Shown here: positions 1 to 12,991 of the stretch, in pieces
Layout: the number at the start of each line of letters is the position of its first letter
Position numbering within the stretch: position 1 is the first letter of the stretch
Origin: Felis catus
Lineage: Eukaryota
Length of the DNA stretch: 64,000 nucleotides
Direction of reading: 5' to 3'
Assembly (NCBI RefSeq): GCF_018350175.1
Contig: NC_058368.1
Span: 206,710,001-206,774,000 of the forward strand
Made by a program: the position numbers and the translations under genes
The notes under the pieces: model-generated
Seen by the model: only the letters and a program-made list of their open reading frames with translations
The model's database searches: none
What the model was told of the DNA's origin: nothing

Positions 1-1760
1 CTTTAAGAACAGAGTTATCTATTTAAGAAATATTTGCCTATTCCAAAGTCACAAATATATTTCATACAAAAATTTTTAGAGCCTCTGTTATTTTATCTTT
101 CACATTTAGAACTTTCCATATTTATTCCACCTGGAACTGATTTTTGTGTATGATATTAGAAAGGGATCAAAATTTATTTTTTTTCCATATGGGTATCCAA
201 TTCACCCAATAGTCATTGAAAAGATGATCTTTTCTCCAATACTCTGCAAGTGTGTTCATTACAAATCAAGTGTTAAATAATGTGTGACTCCTATTTCTGG
301 GCATTGTATTATGTTTCCTAATACTATTGCCTGTCTTCGGCTAATAACACACAGTCTTAATTACTGTGGCTTTATCATTATATCAATATTTGGTAGAGCA
401 AGCCGCCCATCTTTTTCTTCTTCAAGATTATTCTGGGCTATTGCATTTCCATATACATTTTAGAATCAGCTTGTTAAATTTTTCAGGAAAAAACTGTTGG
501 AAACTTGATTAACATTGCAACGAATCTATAAATCCAATGAAAACAACTGGTATCTTTCAATTTTAAGTTATTTCATCCATGAAAATAATGTATCGGTTTA
601 TTTGCTATTAATGTCTCATTATTTTATAGTTTTCTGCCTAGAAATCTGGGAAGGAAGGACTTAAAGCAGTGACCTATGATTTATTTATTTCCCTCCGATT
701 ACTGACCTGTTCTATTCTCCTTATAAACATAATAAGTACACCTCCAGGCAAATAGAATAACATCAGTTGCTAAGAGTCCTTATCTGTGGAATGATTTGAG
801 GGGGATGTCCCTAGTTTAGGATTGCCTATTGTAAACAAAACTGCAATTTATGGTTTTATGAGATGTAGCTCCTTGGAGAATGTCACATAAGCTATAAAAC
901 TCTCTGGGTTATAAAATGAGATGTTTCGTAACTTAAAATTTCCCCAGTGTATGAAGTGACTTACATGTCTCATTAGAGACCTCATCTATTATTCAGGACC
1001 AGAGAGTTCCTGTCTGAGGCAGGAAGGAAGGACTAAGGGCTACATAGGATGTTTCAGATGTTTCAGATCTTTTTCCAGCTTTGCTGGTGCCTCTTGATTG
1101 CCTGTATGGTTGGCAGCATTAGTAAAGCTTACTAAAGAGCTAGAGTTCTGATTTTGATTTGACACTCACATACTTTGTATTATGTCATGATTGTATACAT
1201 ATTTTGTTAGTTTATTCCTAGGTACATGGTATTTTCATACTATTTTACAGGAAATTTTTAAATTCTTATTTTCTGTTTGTTGTTGGTACATAGAATTATA
1301 GTTGATTTAATTTGTATCCACCAACCATCAAAGTTTTAATTTTTAATTATAATGATTTACTGTATACTCTTTGGATTTTCTACATATACAGCCATGTTAT
1401 TTTTAGATTTTGACAGTTTTATTTCTTACTTTCCATTATTTATATTCCTTTTAATTTCTTTTTTATGTTTTTTTGCACTAATTATGAACATTTGGAGGTT
1501 TTTGCACATTGTTATGAGCTCCCCAATTTTAGAAGAAAAGCATTAAATATTTTACCTTTAATTAGGATGTTAGCTGCAGGTTCTTTTACAATATTCTGTA
1601 TCAAATTAATAAAGGTCTCCTCTATTTTTAGTTTGCTAGTAGTTCAGTTCTTAAAATCATAAATATGTCCAAAATTTTATCAAACATTTTATAACTAATG
1701 AAATGATTTTTTCCCTTATTCTATTATTGATATTTTGGATATTGATAATGAAAATTAGAT
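1..1760 (-). mobile_element. Old L1 (L1M/L1ME-type) ORF2-region fragment, antisense, interrupted by non-L1 DNA at ~648-1190
   Basis: T-rich antisense L1 ORF2 phrases (ttttagaatcagcttg, tttattcctaggta, ttttctacatatacagccatgttat); highly diverged. Confidence 0.75.
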
Positions 1761-1852
1761 TTTTTTTTAAAAAAACTTTTCAATGGCACTATAATTTCAA
1801 CCAGAAAAGTATAGCATTAGAAGAATCAGAAGACCAGTAGAGTTCCAGAACT

Positions 1853-1853
1853 G

Positions 1854-1888
<35 letters not shown>

Positions 1889-1905
1889 GTGATGATGGTG
1901 ATGAT
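1853..1905 (+). repeat. (GAT)n trinucleotide microsatellite with GGT interruptions
   Basis: Visible gatgatgat run. Confidence 0.95.
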
Positions 1906-2329
1906 GTTTATTATCACCACTATAACTGTCTTAGTAAAACAGACCCTTGTAAATTTTGGAGGAAAACTAGGAAAGAAGTAGGGGTAGCAGAATAGAACCT
2001 TCTTGTTAGGTTCTGCTGATTCTATCTCCTGTAGTCTCTGGCTGACTATAATGAACAAGATTTCTTGTTTTTAGTCTGAAACTTCTAAGGTAGAAGTAAC
2101 CCTTTAGTCATAGGAACTTAACGAATCTTTCAAATAACGAGGTGGGAAAGTTTTAAAACAAGTTCTATATTAAATAGCCCCTAAGAATCAAAGATTCCAC
2201 AGGGAAGTTAAATACTTTACAGGAGGGTAGGTGGGAGGGGGAACCACTAAATTCTGTGCTAATGTCACTTCATTTTGGGGAGATTTTAATGTTTGCATTA
2301 AAGGCACGGCATCTCCAGAACCAAGATGA

Positions 2330-2450
2330 TTATTAAATGCCCTCAATTATGGATGTGGAAATGAAAGCTTGGAAAGGTTAAGTGACTGGCAGCAGCCACA
2401 CACACCGTCAGTGTGCAGATCATCATTGGATCTCATGACTCTGATCCACT
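2330..2450 (-). mobile_element. MIR SINE fragment
   Basis: MIR core in antisense (gatgtggaaatgaaagcttggaaaggttaagtgact). Confidence 0.6.
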
Positions 2451-3160
2451 GTATGCTGTGCCAGAGCGTAACCGAAAATAGGAAGCCTTGAAGTCCTCAA
2501 CAAGATAGGGGATTTCCTACTAGATGTCTTCCTATAAAAGTCACTTAGATTAGCATAATGAAAACAAATATTCTATAAAAACCCTGGGAGAAGGGCAAGA
2601 TTTTTTTTAAGGGTCTAATATTCCCATTGCCTTTAGTATGGCATTAATCAAGCTCCAACCAGTAAGTAGTGTCAGATGCTTTGCTTGTTCCCCATTGTAT
2701 TTAGGCCATCACATTATCATGGTCTTGACAAGTTCCTTCAGTTTATCTGCAAACTGAGATTAATTAAGTTTCTTTCATTTTGTCTGCTTCTCTGGTTTGG
2801 GAATAAGGACACTACCAGAGATACTGAGATTGTCAGCTGTCAATAAACCATTAGGTCCTTCCACACAGGGCCTCTTATATTAGAAGAAAATCTTAGGCAA
2901 CTTCTGAGATTGGTTCTCTGCCCTTGTCTCTGTGGTTATCCATGGTCACTCCTGGTAGTTGTGATTCTGCCTACTGAGTCAGTATGGTGTCCTGTAGGGA
3001 GAGCTGAAGAGAGTTTATGCCATCATTGTTCATGCCACGTGGGGGCCTGGCACCCTGGCTGTGCCTTATCTCAGAGAATCTTGTTATTCTAGTCAAGATT
3101 CTGGGTATAATGGGGAGAAGAGCTGGGGCTATATAGTGCAGCAAAACTGGTATTCCCCTA

Positions 3161-3546
3161 CGTTTCAGTATGAATTGTGTCCTTCCCCAATTTGTATGTT
3201 GAAGTCCTAACACCCAATACTTCAGAATATGACTGTATTTGGAGATAGGGTCTTTATAGAGATAAGTTAAAATGAGACTGAAGTGTGTGCTTTAATCCAC
3301 TATGCCTGGTTCACTTATAAGAAGTGGAAATGTAGACACACAGAGACACTAGGGACATGCATACACACAGGAAAGACCATGTGAGGACACAGCAAGAAGT
3401 GAAGCCAAGGAGAGAGACCTCAGAAGAAACCAAGCCCATGACACCTCGATTTTGAACTTCTAGCCTTCAGAATTATGGGAAAATAAATTTCTGTTATTTA
3501 AGCCACTCAGTCTATTTTGTTGTGGCAGCCTTAGCAGACTAATACA
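3161..3546 (+). mobile_element. MaLR solo LTR (MLT1B-like)
   Basis: tgaattgtgtcc...gtatttggagatagggtcttta...ttctagcct...gcagactaataca end; candidate 5-bp TSD cccta/ccctc. Confidence 0.85.
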
Positions 3547-4431
3547 CCCTCTGACTTCATTCCCTGTGTATTTTACTCCACTACTTTGTAATTTCTCCCT
3601 CTTTCTTTCTAACTCTTTCCTTCCCTCCATTCCTTCCAGGGATGTTTGGAAAGCATGCACTTTTTGCATGCACTATCCAAGGAATTAAAGGAGTGCCTGT
3701 TCATTCTTGATGCCTGCTGCACTGCTAGGAGCTACATTATTACCATGTCCCATTATGTGCTAAGGCCAGACCCACTCTGGGCAGTATTACTACTGGCTGT
3801 TGGTTCTTCCTCATGTGAAATATCTGGTCTTGTCTCTCACTTGTTGGAGATGTGACGTTGGGTTCTTTCATTTCTACCCACTATACCAGAGGACAAAATT
3901 CTCCCCAAATATCACAGTGGAAGAAGAGTATTTAGAATGAAGACTCAATATCACACCATTTCTCTTTCCCAGTGTGGGGATTTTACCTCCACCTTCTTTC
4001 TCAAAGATGGAACTGGAAACATCCAGCCCCACACCTATTCGGGTCCAAAGCAATCAACTATAGCCACCTATTTTTCAGCTTCTGACAGACATGGATGAGG
4101 GTGGGAGGTGGAAATGACCATCACCCTCCTTGGTGGCCGATTTCCAGTACCTACACACAACCTCCAAGTCAGCTGATTTCTGGCCGCCTGAAAAGTATCA
4201 CATTCCATTGACCCTTACCAGCAATACAGGCTGCTCTCTTCATCTTGCAGGGACCATTGAATCATGAAATCCTGTAGCTCTTTTGGAATCCTAGTACAGA
4301 AGAGGAGCTGCCAAGCCCTTGATTGGTTCTGGGCTGATGGATTTCACATTTTGCAAACGCTGTTACAAAATATTATCTAAATGCTTACTTAACCTCTGTT
4401 TTTTCCCCCAATCAAGATTTTAATTTGACAT

Positions 4432-4590
4432 TGGGGGTTCTTAGCATTTCATAAGTTAAAACTTCAGGAGTCCATCGCCCTTAGAATTATGTTGTGTAAT
4501 TGTGCTGCATATATCCCTTTTTCTTTTCCGGGAAAAGATTCAGATTCTCAAAGGGGCTCAGAACTACCCCCAACACTATGAATTCTTGAT
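4432..4590. mobile_element. hAT-Charlie MITE (MER103C-like)
   Basis: ggggttctta...cagattctcaaagggg motif; diverged. Confidence 0.45.
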
Positions 4591-5105
4591 TTTTAATACT
4601 TACATACATTTGACTTAAGCAGAAAATTCTCTACCTATTTCTGTCCTTTTTGCTACTGTCATGCATGATCCAGACTCTGTTTTCACAAAACTAACCTTGA
4701 GAAAAACAAATGTGGCAGTACCACATTTGAGTCTGGTATTTTGGTATTACCACATATATTTTAAATCATTAATATAACAAAGACTATAAATAATTCTTTT
4801 GGTATTTGTTATTTTTAAATAATCCCATGGATTGCCAAATAATCCTTTGATGGATTTTAGTTTCACTGAAAAAAAAACAAAAGATAGTGTTTTCTTACCA
4901 GTGTCCCTTGATATGACTCCAGGTCTGTTACTGGATGAAGAGTTTGTCTGAAAGACTCATTCTGGGAGAGGCTGAGTCATTTTTTATAAGGACTTTTAGG
5001 GTATTTTCCACTTATCAAGTTTCTGTTTGTTTTTTTTCTATCATTCTCTGCTCATATAACAATGGACTCTGATTAGATTTTATAGGGATTTAGATGTGTA
5101 TTTGT

Positions 5106-5141
<36 letters not shown>

Positions 5142-5144
5142 TGT
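5106..5144 (+). repeat. (TG)n microsatellite
   Basis: Visible. Confidence 0.95.
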
Positions 5145-6089
5145 ATCAACTATAGACTGCAAATTATTTTAAAACCAAACCAAACACTGACTGCACAGCC
5201 CTGTAAATAATTTTATTTTCCAATAATGTTTCTAAGCACATGCAGCTTAAATAAAACTAGCAGTAGTAATTTAGATGTAGCAAAGGACCCTGAGAAAATT
5301 TCAGATGACTGTTAGGACTTTGGGTAACTTTCATCCAAAAAGTTTCCTCAAACTGTGTTGGGGGAAAACTTCAAATGGAATACCAGGTTATTTAACCAAA
5401 CTTTGGATCAAAATTATTGGCATCATTTATGGATATATGGAAACTTTTTTTTGATTTGATTTCAATGTTTCAAAAAAACAATGATTACATTAATATGGTT
5501 ATAATAAATTATGTGATGAATGTAGAAGATTGGAATATAATGTAAACCTCCATCATCCCTCAAATTCAGTCTTTTTAAAGAAATAAGTCTTTCCCTTTAC
5601 TTATCTAAAGGAGAAAGAAATGGGGATGGATAAAGTAGAGATGGGAATTAAGTGTAGTTGGGCGTTCAGTGGGTTTTCTTAGTAAGTCCTTATTCTTTCC
5701 CTATCAGTAACAATCCATTAGTTTAGGAATTGAGCAACTTTTTAGGGGAAGGAACTCATGGGGAATTGTAAAAGGGATAATTTTCTGCCTCCCCGATCTG
5801 GAATTCTCCAGAGAGTATGTTAAAATTAGCAACTCCAGAAATTATGTTTGGATAGTCAGATGGTCTTTGTTGAGTCCTGTAAGAAGAGAGAAAGTGTTAG
5901 ATTAAGTGGAGTCTCTTCCTTACCCAACTGTGACCATGGATAAGAAGTAGACAAGGGAGAGAGGCCAAGGGAGAGACTATAGAGAAAAGGCCCTTCTAGG
6001 TTCTTCTAGCCTGACAAAAAGCAGGAGAGCTATGAGTTTCAAGCATGTGGCCTGGGTCCTTCAGTCTGGCCAACCACACCCTCTTCATT

Positions 6090-6134
6090 TATTCATTTAT
6101 TTATCTTCTTTGTTTAATGTTATTTATTATTTAT

Positions 6135-6184
<50 letters not shown>

Positions 6185-6341
6185 CGAGCAGGGAAGAGGC
6201 AGACAGAGAGGGAGAGAGAGAATCCCAAGCAGGCTGCGTGCTGTCAGTGCTGTTGTGGGCTTGATCCCATGAATCATGAGATCATGACATGAACTGAAAT
6301 CAAGAGTTGGACACTTACCAACTAAGTCACCCATGCGCCCC
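6090..6341 (-). mobile_element. CAN-SINE
   Basis: Antisense tRNA-derived head (...cacccatgcgcccc), (GA)n tract, T-rich tail. Confidence 0.95.
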
Positions 6342-6798
6342 TCATCTTTCTTTTTTAAATCGAAGTATAGTTGACAAATAATGTTACATTAGTTTTAAGT
6401 GTACAACGTTCTATACGTTATTCCTTGCTCACCATCTGTGTACAGTGTATCTCCCATCTGTGTACAGTGTATCTCCCATCTGTCACTGTACGTCTCTATA
6501 ATAATACCATTGACTATATTGCTGTGCTCTACCTTTTTACCCCCATGACCTATTCATTCCATAACTGGAAGCCTATATCTCTCACTTCCCTTCACCCATC
6601 TCCCCAGCCACCCTCTTCTCTGGCATCCATCAATTTGTTTTCTGTATTTATGAGTCTGTTTCTGTTTTTGTTTGTTCATTTATTTTTGCTTTTTAGATTC
6701 AACATGTAAGTGAAATCATATGATACTTGTTTTCTCTGTATGACTTATTTCACTTAGCATAATACCCTCTAGATTTATCCATGTTGTTGTGAATGGCA

Positions 6799-6805
<7 letters not shown>

Positions 6806-6840
<35 letters not shown>

Positions 6841-6852
6841 TATTTATTTATT

Positions 6853-6907
<55 letters not shown>

Positions 6908-7278
6908 AGACAGAGAATCCCAAACAGTCTTCATGGTGTCAGTGCAGAGACCAATGTGGGGCTTGAACTCAACAAACCGTGAGGTCATGACCTGAGCAGA
7001 AATCAAGCTCAGGGCGCCTGGGTGTCTCAGTCAGTGAAGCATCCAACTTCGGCTCTGGTCATGATCTCATGGTTCCTGGGTTCAAGCCCCATATCGGGTT
7101 TTGTGCTGACAGTGCAGAGCCTGGAGCCTGCTTTGGATTCTGTTTCTCCCTCTCTCTTGGCCTGTCCCCCGCCCACTCACACTCTGTATTTCTCCCTCTT
7201 TCTCTCAAAAAATAAATAAACATTAAAAAAATTTAAAAAGAGTTGAATGTTCAACCAGCTGAGCCACACAGACACCCC
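6806..7278 (-). mobile_element. CAN-SINE split by a nested SINE
   Basis: Antisense body stops at gaaatcaag and resumes aagagttgaatg at ~7238; flanking repeat caagatctc. Confidence 0.9.
7011..7237 (+). mobile_element. CAN-SINE nested in the preceding SINE
   Basis: agggcgcctgggtg head, CT tract, aataaa and A tail. Confidence 0.95.
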
Positions 7279-8999
7279 ACAAGATCTCCTTTTTATGGCT
7301 GAGTAATATTCCATTGTATATGTACACCATGTATTCTTTATCTGTTCAGCACCCCCTTCTTTTAAGAATATCCTTAGGCCTGCCTTTTTCTTCACTTAAA
7401 TAGCAGAATTGAGGTATGTTCACACCGCGTCTTTGTTTTTCTCTACTACCTTCCTAGCCCTCACCTCCATTCTTCTAAAGCTTTCTTTTCTGACCTTAAA
7501 TTCTATTTCCAAATTCTTACCAATTTCCTCTCCCTACTGTCCTGGCTTTCCCTTTTGGCAGTATTCATCACATGCTGGGAAAGTCTTATAAAAGACATTG
7601 AAGAGACATTGGGAGTTGGGCAACAAGAATCCTAACAGAAGTGGATTATGTCTCCCAGCTATGTGATGACAGATGAAAACCACCCCACTAACTGTGCAGC
7701 ATTAACACAGACCAAACAGAACAAAGTGCCATACAGCTGAGCTAGCTCTATGCGCAGAGCCTGAGCTGGGCCAGCTTAATTGGCTTTTAAAATGACTTGA
7801 TCTAGGTTCATGAAGCCTTCTATCTTAACAAAAGAAAGCACAGAGATTACAAGTTTTCATCTTTTGCTTAGAAACCTTTTCTAAGCAAAACATTTTTATT
7901 AATAAGTAAGTGTTGAAATAGGACTCCTTGAAGGTTCCAATGGAATGATTATATTGTCTGGATGCCTGTTTGATGCTTGGTACTATGAAAAAAAGTTGAA
8001 GGCGTCAATTTTAAATAACATATTAGAATACTTATCAAAAGTGACAGATCTAAGGTGGGAAGAAATAGCTGCTGACTTGGCATAATTTTGGAGAAATTAG
8101 AAAAATTGTTTGTATTCATCAAAAGTCACTGAATAGGAGACCTCAATTGCATTCTGGTTTGTTTGGGGGAAATTTCTCCACTCTTAGCTTTAATTTCCTA
8201 ACTATAAACAAGGGCTGCACCGAGAGGTAAAAGCACTGCTTTCTAAGGTTTGAGCTCTAAAATCCCATTCTAAACAATTTTGTCAAAATTACCTCCTTCA
8301 TTGGCCTGCCCAAATAACTGAAATTCCACATTTAGAGACTGTTTTGCAAAACTTAAGTTGAAAACATTTTTCTCTGGGGAGCGACAATAAATGATGGGCT
8401 GTTAACTACTTAGAAGAAGAAGAATTTACCAGGTAGCTAGCTAAGAATGTAGCAATGTACAGGAAAGGCTTGTGAAAGAGTAAGAGCTTATACAGAATGT
8501 TAGCAGAGGATAATTCCTTCTTATTAACTTGGGCCCAAAGGTTCTGGGTGCTAGAAGGCTGGGCAGTGTGATGGTCCCATGGCCAAACCTGCTTTATAGT
8601 TTTTAAAAAAGCTGACTGATGCTGGAAGAAAATGCTTTCTCTGAAGGGCCTGACATGAGGGTATGGCTTAGATGACTCACTTCAAAGATAGAATGATCAG
8701 TTTCCATAGAGTTTATCTTACTTTTGGAAGGGTGATATTTTTGTGTAAGAAAGTAGGTGAAGATTTTGAGATGTGCACTCTAGACCCAAAAAAGGAAGAA
8801 AGCAAAGGTGCTATGTTTTTGCAATACAGTCTGTAGGTTACACAGATTTGAAATATGAACCCATATCAAAGAGGCTGAAATAAATTAATCATGCCAGATG
8901 AGTGTATCATGCAGCACCTGAGCCAGCAGCCCCAGAAAATGAGGAATAATTCAAAGTGATATTTTGGCAGGGGAAGAAATCGCTTCAATGAGAGTCAAA

Positions 9000-9225
9000 G
9001 AGAAGAGTGTAGGCCTGATGCTTGGCCAGGAGTGAACCCTGGCTCTCTCTCTTCTAACTGTGTGCATTTGGGGAGGTTGCTTAACCTCTATGAGTCTCAG
9101 TTTCATTCTCTGTAAAATTGCAGGCACCATCTATCTCTTAGACTTGGGGAATTAAGTGAAACAACCTGTAAAAAATGACATATCACTTGCTTCAGTAAAC
9201 AGTTGTTATTAGTATCATTAGCAGT
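9000..9225 (+). mobile_element. MIR SINE
   Basis: Core gttgcttaacctctatgagtctcagtttcattctctgtaaaat. Confidence 0.8.
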
Positions 9226-9287
9226 AAATAACACCGTCCTTAGGTGAACACATCAAATTTAAAAAAATAATAAAAAGTTATGCCCTT

Positions 9288-9505
9288 GGGGCACCTGGGT
9301 GGCTCAGTCGGTTAAGCGTCCGACTTCGGCTCAGGTCATGATCTCACGGTTTGTGGGTTTGAGCCCCGCGTTGGGCTCTGTGCTGACAGCTCAGAGCCCG
9401 GAGCCCGCTTCTGATTATGTGTTTCCTTTTCTGCTTTTCCCCCACTCACATTCTGTCTCTCTCCATCTCTCAAAAAATGAATAAATGTTAAAATAATAAT
9501 AATAA
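9288..9505 (+). mobile_element. CAN-SINE
   Basis: ggggcacctgggtggctcagtcggttaagc head, A-rich tail. Confidence 0.95.
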
Positions 9506-10013
9506 AAATTCTTCCCAAGTATACTAGGCTAATAAGACACTAATTGCCCACAATTGGCTTTGCTAGCTGTGTCTAGTTTGCTGTCCTTGCCCTCTTGCCA
9601 ATGAAAGAGGTGAGCCTTAAACAGGATTTGCCAGTGTCTAGTGTTTAAGCACAGAGTTCCCAGTAAGGATTCAGGGCCTGGATGTTTCCAGAAAGGTCTG
9701 GAAGATGTTGGTTGGATGCTCAACCAGGATCCTTGGGCACAGGATTCTCTCTCTCTTTATGCATTAACAAAGTCCAAAATATGATCTAATGCCCAATACA
9801 TAGGAAATTCTGTCTTGTGATTTATTTAATTAGAAGCAGAAGAATTCTGAGGAACCATGTTTTAGGCTGTGCACTGATGACTATGAGTGAGTCACATGTG
9901 ACATGCAATGATACCATGTGATTTTCTATTTGTATCCTATACTGACTTCCTTGCATTGGCAAGGTTTTTGGAACCAGAATATTAAAGTGACACTTTCTAC
10001 ATTTTTTGTATCT

Positions 10014-10202
10014 TCTTTTTAAAGTTTACGTATTTATTTTGAGAGAGGAGAGCAAGAGAATGAGAGTGGGGGAAGGGCAGAGAAAAAGGGAGAGAGAGAA
10101 TCCTAGGCAGGCTCTTCCAGATCCCAAGCAGAACTGTGAGATCATGACCTGAGCTGAAATCAAGAGTTCGACGCTTAACAGACTGAGCCACCCAGGCGCC
10201 CC
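10014..10202 (-). mobile_element. CAN-SINE with internal deletion
   Basis: Antisense head gccacccaggcgcccc; flanking tttgtatct repeat. Confidence 0.95.
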
Positions 10203-10852
10203 TAAATTCTTTGTATCTTAGATATAAATTTTATTGTGGATCCTTATACTTCTGAAGCACTTTTACCCGACTCAAAAATAATTTATGCCAAGTGTTACTG
10301 ACTCATTGCAAATAGGACATATGATTTGCACAATGAGATTTTACTGTTTGGCTCACATGATTTTAGTATGCTTTAGTGTGGAGTAAGTGTTCCAAGATGA
10401 GAGGATTTGGCAAGTATAAGAGGCTGAAGTTTTCATATTAGGTACCCTCTTTCCCAAGGCTCTCCAAGGATGAGGGAAATAGCTGGCACACAGTCAGCTG
10501 TTTTATTACTATAGGGACATCACATTTCCAGAACTCTTCTTACGCAGGCTAATCACATGGCACCTGACTACTTGTACTTACCGTCTCAGGTTGTAATTTC
10601 CCTTTGACCAAATCATTACTGGCTTCAGGAGGAGTTGAGCTTACTCAGTTTTATATGAAACACAGAAGCATGCCAACAGAGAGGCAGGGCATAGAGATAT
10701 CCTTTCTACTAATTTAAATCTCGATCTCTGTTGGCACCAGATCTTATCTGCAATCCAAGACTCACCCACCTTCCTGGATAAATGTGCTTATGGCAAGGAA
10801 GTTACTGTTTTCTGTCTGTATTCCCTTCTCACTTCCTTTGCTTTTTTGTTTC

Positions 10853-11307
10853 TATAGTGGGCTGAAAGGACAGCTCCCACAAAAAATACATGCATGTCCA
10901 AATCCCCAGAACTTGTGAATGTGACCTTATTTGAAAAAGGGTTTTTGCAGATGTAATTAAGTTAAGGATCTTGAGAGAAGGAGGGGCTTATCTTGCACTT
11001 AAAATGCAATCACAAGTATTCTTAGAAGAGAGAGACAATGAGGAAAAGATGCACAGAGAGGAGGAGGAAGCAATGTGACCACGAGGCAGAGACTGGAGCC
11101 TTGCAGCCACAAAGCAGCAATTGCCATCAGCCAACAGAAGTTTGCAAAGACAAGGGAGGATTTTTCCACAGCCTTTGGAAGGACTCTGGTTCTGTGACAT
11201 CTTGATTTTGGTCTTCTAGCTTTCAGAACTGTGAGAGAATACTTTCTGTTGTTTATAGCCTCTCAGTTTGTGGGAATTTGTTACAGTGGCCACTGGAAAT
11301 TATTACA
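10853..11307 (+). mobile_element. MaLR solo LTR (MLT1C-like)
   Basis: gtgaatgtgaccttatttg...gcagatgtaattaagttaaggatcttgag...tttgttacagtggccactggaaattattaca; candidate TSD gtttc/gcttc. Confidence 0.85.
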
Positions 11308-11512
11308 GCTTCCTGTCACTTGTCTCTTTTACACCATTTCAGTTCTTGTATACTTTAGTGCACTTGCCTGTTTATGCCCTCCCTCAAAATATTCTTTCCC
11401 TCCCTCTGTGTCTCATTGTTATGTCATTGCCAAGGGAAAGCGTATACCAGTAATTAATGTGCATGATCATGATTGGACTTTTGCACAGTTGATTTGACAG
11501 TTAAGGCAAACT

Positions 11513-11700
11513 AACCATGTTTTAAACTTTAATGGACATACAAATCACTTGGAGATTTTGGTGAAAGTGCAGATTCCTGACCTCCACCCTAAGACATTTC
11601 TGATTTTATTGATCTGGAGTAGGACCTGAGAACCTTCTTTTTATAAAAGACCCTGAGGCATTCTTATATACATGGTCATCAAACCAGTTTGGAGAACATT
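11513..11700. mobile_element. hAT-Charlie MITE (MER5-like)
   Basis: aaatcacttggag...gcagattcctgacctccacc...tttggagaaca. Confidence 0.65.
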
Positions 11701-12837
11701 AAAGTAAGGCATGACTCCCTTAATTTATCAAAAACTGATATGGACTTGTGGTATGGGCGTGTTAGTGCAAAGGCCCATTACAATGTAGTAAGTTGTGTGT
11801 ATAGAAATCCCAGTCACCTGTCTGTGAAAATATAGGTAGCATCAAATGGATTTAATTAGAGTCTCTTTTAACAATGCACAGGGGGGAGTTCAAGGAAACG
11901 TGAGTGTTACTTTAACACTGAGTTGAAAGCCAGGAGGGGCTGGCATGCCATTTTCTGGTACATTCCTTATTGCCACTGCCTAGAAAGAAGACTGGACAGG
12001 GCTGGCCGGGCCATGTTCTCACACCCTGGGTCAATTTTTGTTTCGACCTCATGGGTGCAACACTCAGGGTGGAAAATGCCTTAGTCAGTTTTGCCCCACA
12101 GTAGGCCCTTTTCCCCATCTGTTTAGCAGCTCCAAACAGAGTCCAAAGGAAGAGTGACTGTAGAATTCTAAGAGGATTCCAACTGGAAGTAGCCCCAGCT
12201 CACTTTCTTCAGTCGTCCTACAGTCCTCCTCAGACTTGGGAATTTTCTGGAGCCACTGGGTTTTACAGGCTGTTGTCTGAGGGTGCCTACCCAGGAAGGG
12301 TAATCAGCTTTCATTCCTTGACTGACTGTAAACTTTACTACACTGGGGAATTGGCAAGTAGAGGCTGAAGAGGGTTGTCAGTTTGTGCCCAGAGTAGGGC
12401 ATTGTATGGATGTGATGGGGCATAGAGTCATCTTTTCTTTCCTTTGCTTCTTTCTTTTTTGGGGGATGGGGGGTTGTTTGTTTGTTTGTTTTTGGATACA
12501 TGGAGTAAGCATTCTCTTATGAATTAGAATTACTGGTTTATTAGGGAAGTCTCCTGTAAGGACCCCATCACATCCTATCTTTACTCTTTCTAGCTGCCTC
12601 TAGATCATACTCTCTCCGGCCTCTTCACAGCGCTCCTCTGGCATTTGATTTGGTTCCTTGATGGCACCCTGTTCTTTAATTGTTTTGTCTGCATTGCTGA
12701 AACTGCCCCTTTAGGCCAGAGTTTATGTCTTCCACATCAACAAAGTAATAAGCACAGCAAATTCTCTACAGATCGATTTAAAATCTTGATCTTTTAACAA
12801 TTGAACTTTAAAGTATGGTGTTTCTACCTATCTTGAG

Positions 12838-12991
12838 CAGCCATTCTCAAACCTTAGCTGAAGGGTTTGTTGCAACAAAGATCGCTAGATCCTACCCTAG
12901 AGTTTCCACTTCTGCTTCTGTTAGAATGTTCATTTTTAACAAGTTCCCAGTTACTGCTGCTGACCCAAGGACCACTGTTAAAGAAGCTCTG
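12838..12991. mobile_element. hAT-Charlie MITE (MER5A-like)
   Basis: cagccattctcaaac...tttttaacaagttcccag...ggaccac. Confidence 0.7.

Larger units (their letters stand above)
6350..7345 (-). mobile_element. L1 3' end (L1MA/L1MB-type), interrupted by SINEs at ~6806-7278
   Basis: gaagtatagttgaca...tttagattcaacatgtaagtgaaatcata...tttcacttagcataata; resumes with tttatggctgagtaatattccattgtata. Confidence 0.85.

Noticed and set aside
1789..2058. Poly-Ile ORF resembling a membrane protein
   Set aside because: It is produced by the (GAT)n microsatellite.
7620..8110. Possible L3/CR1 fragments
   Set aside because: Only faint resemblance by eye (cttatcaaaa...aaggtgggaagaaatagct); not enough to call without a profile search.
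10581..10617. 37-nt minus-strand micro-exon (donor ACG|GTAAGT)
   Set aside because: The acceptor is weak, the peptide is unrecognised, and such donors are expected by chance in 64 kb.
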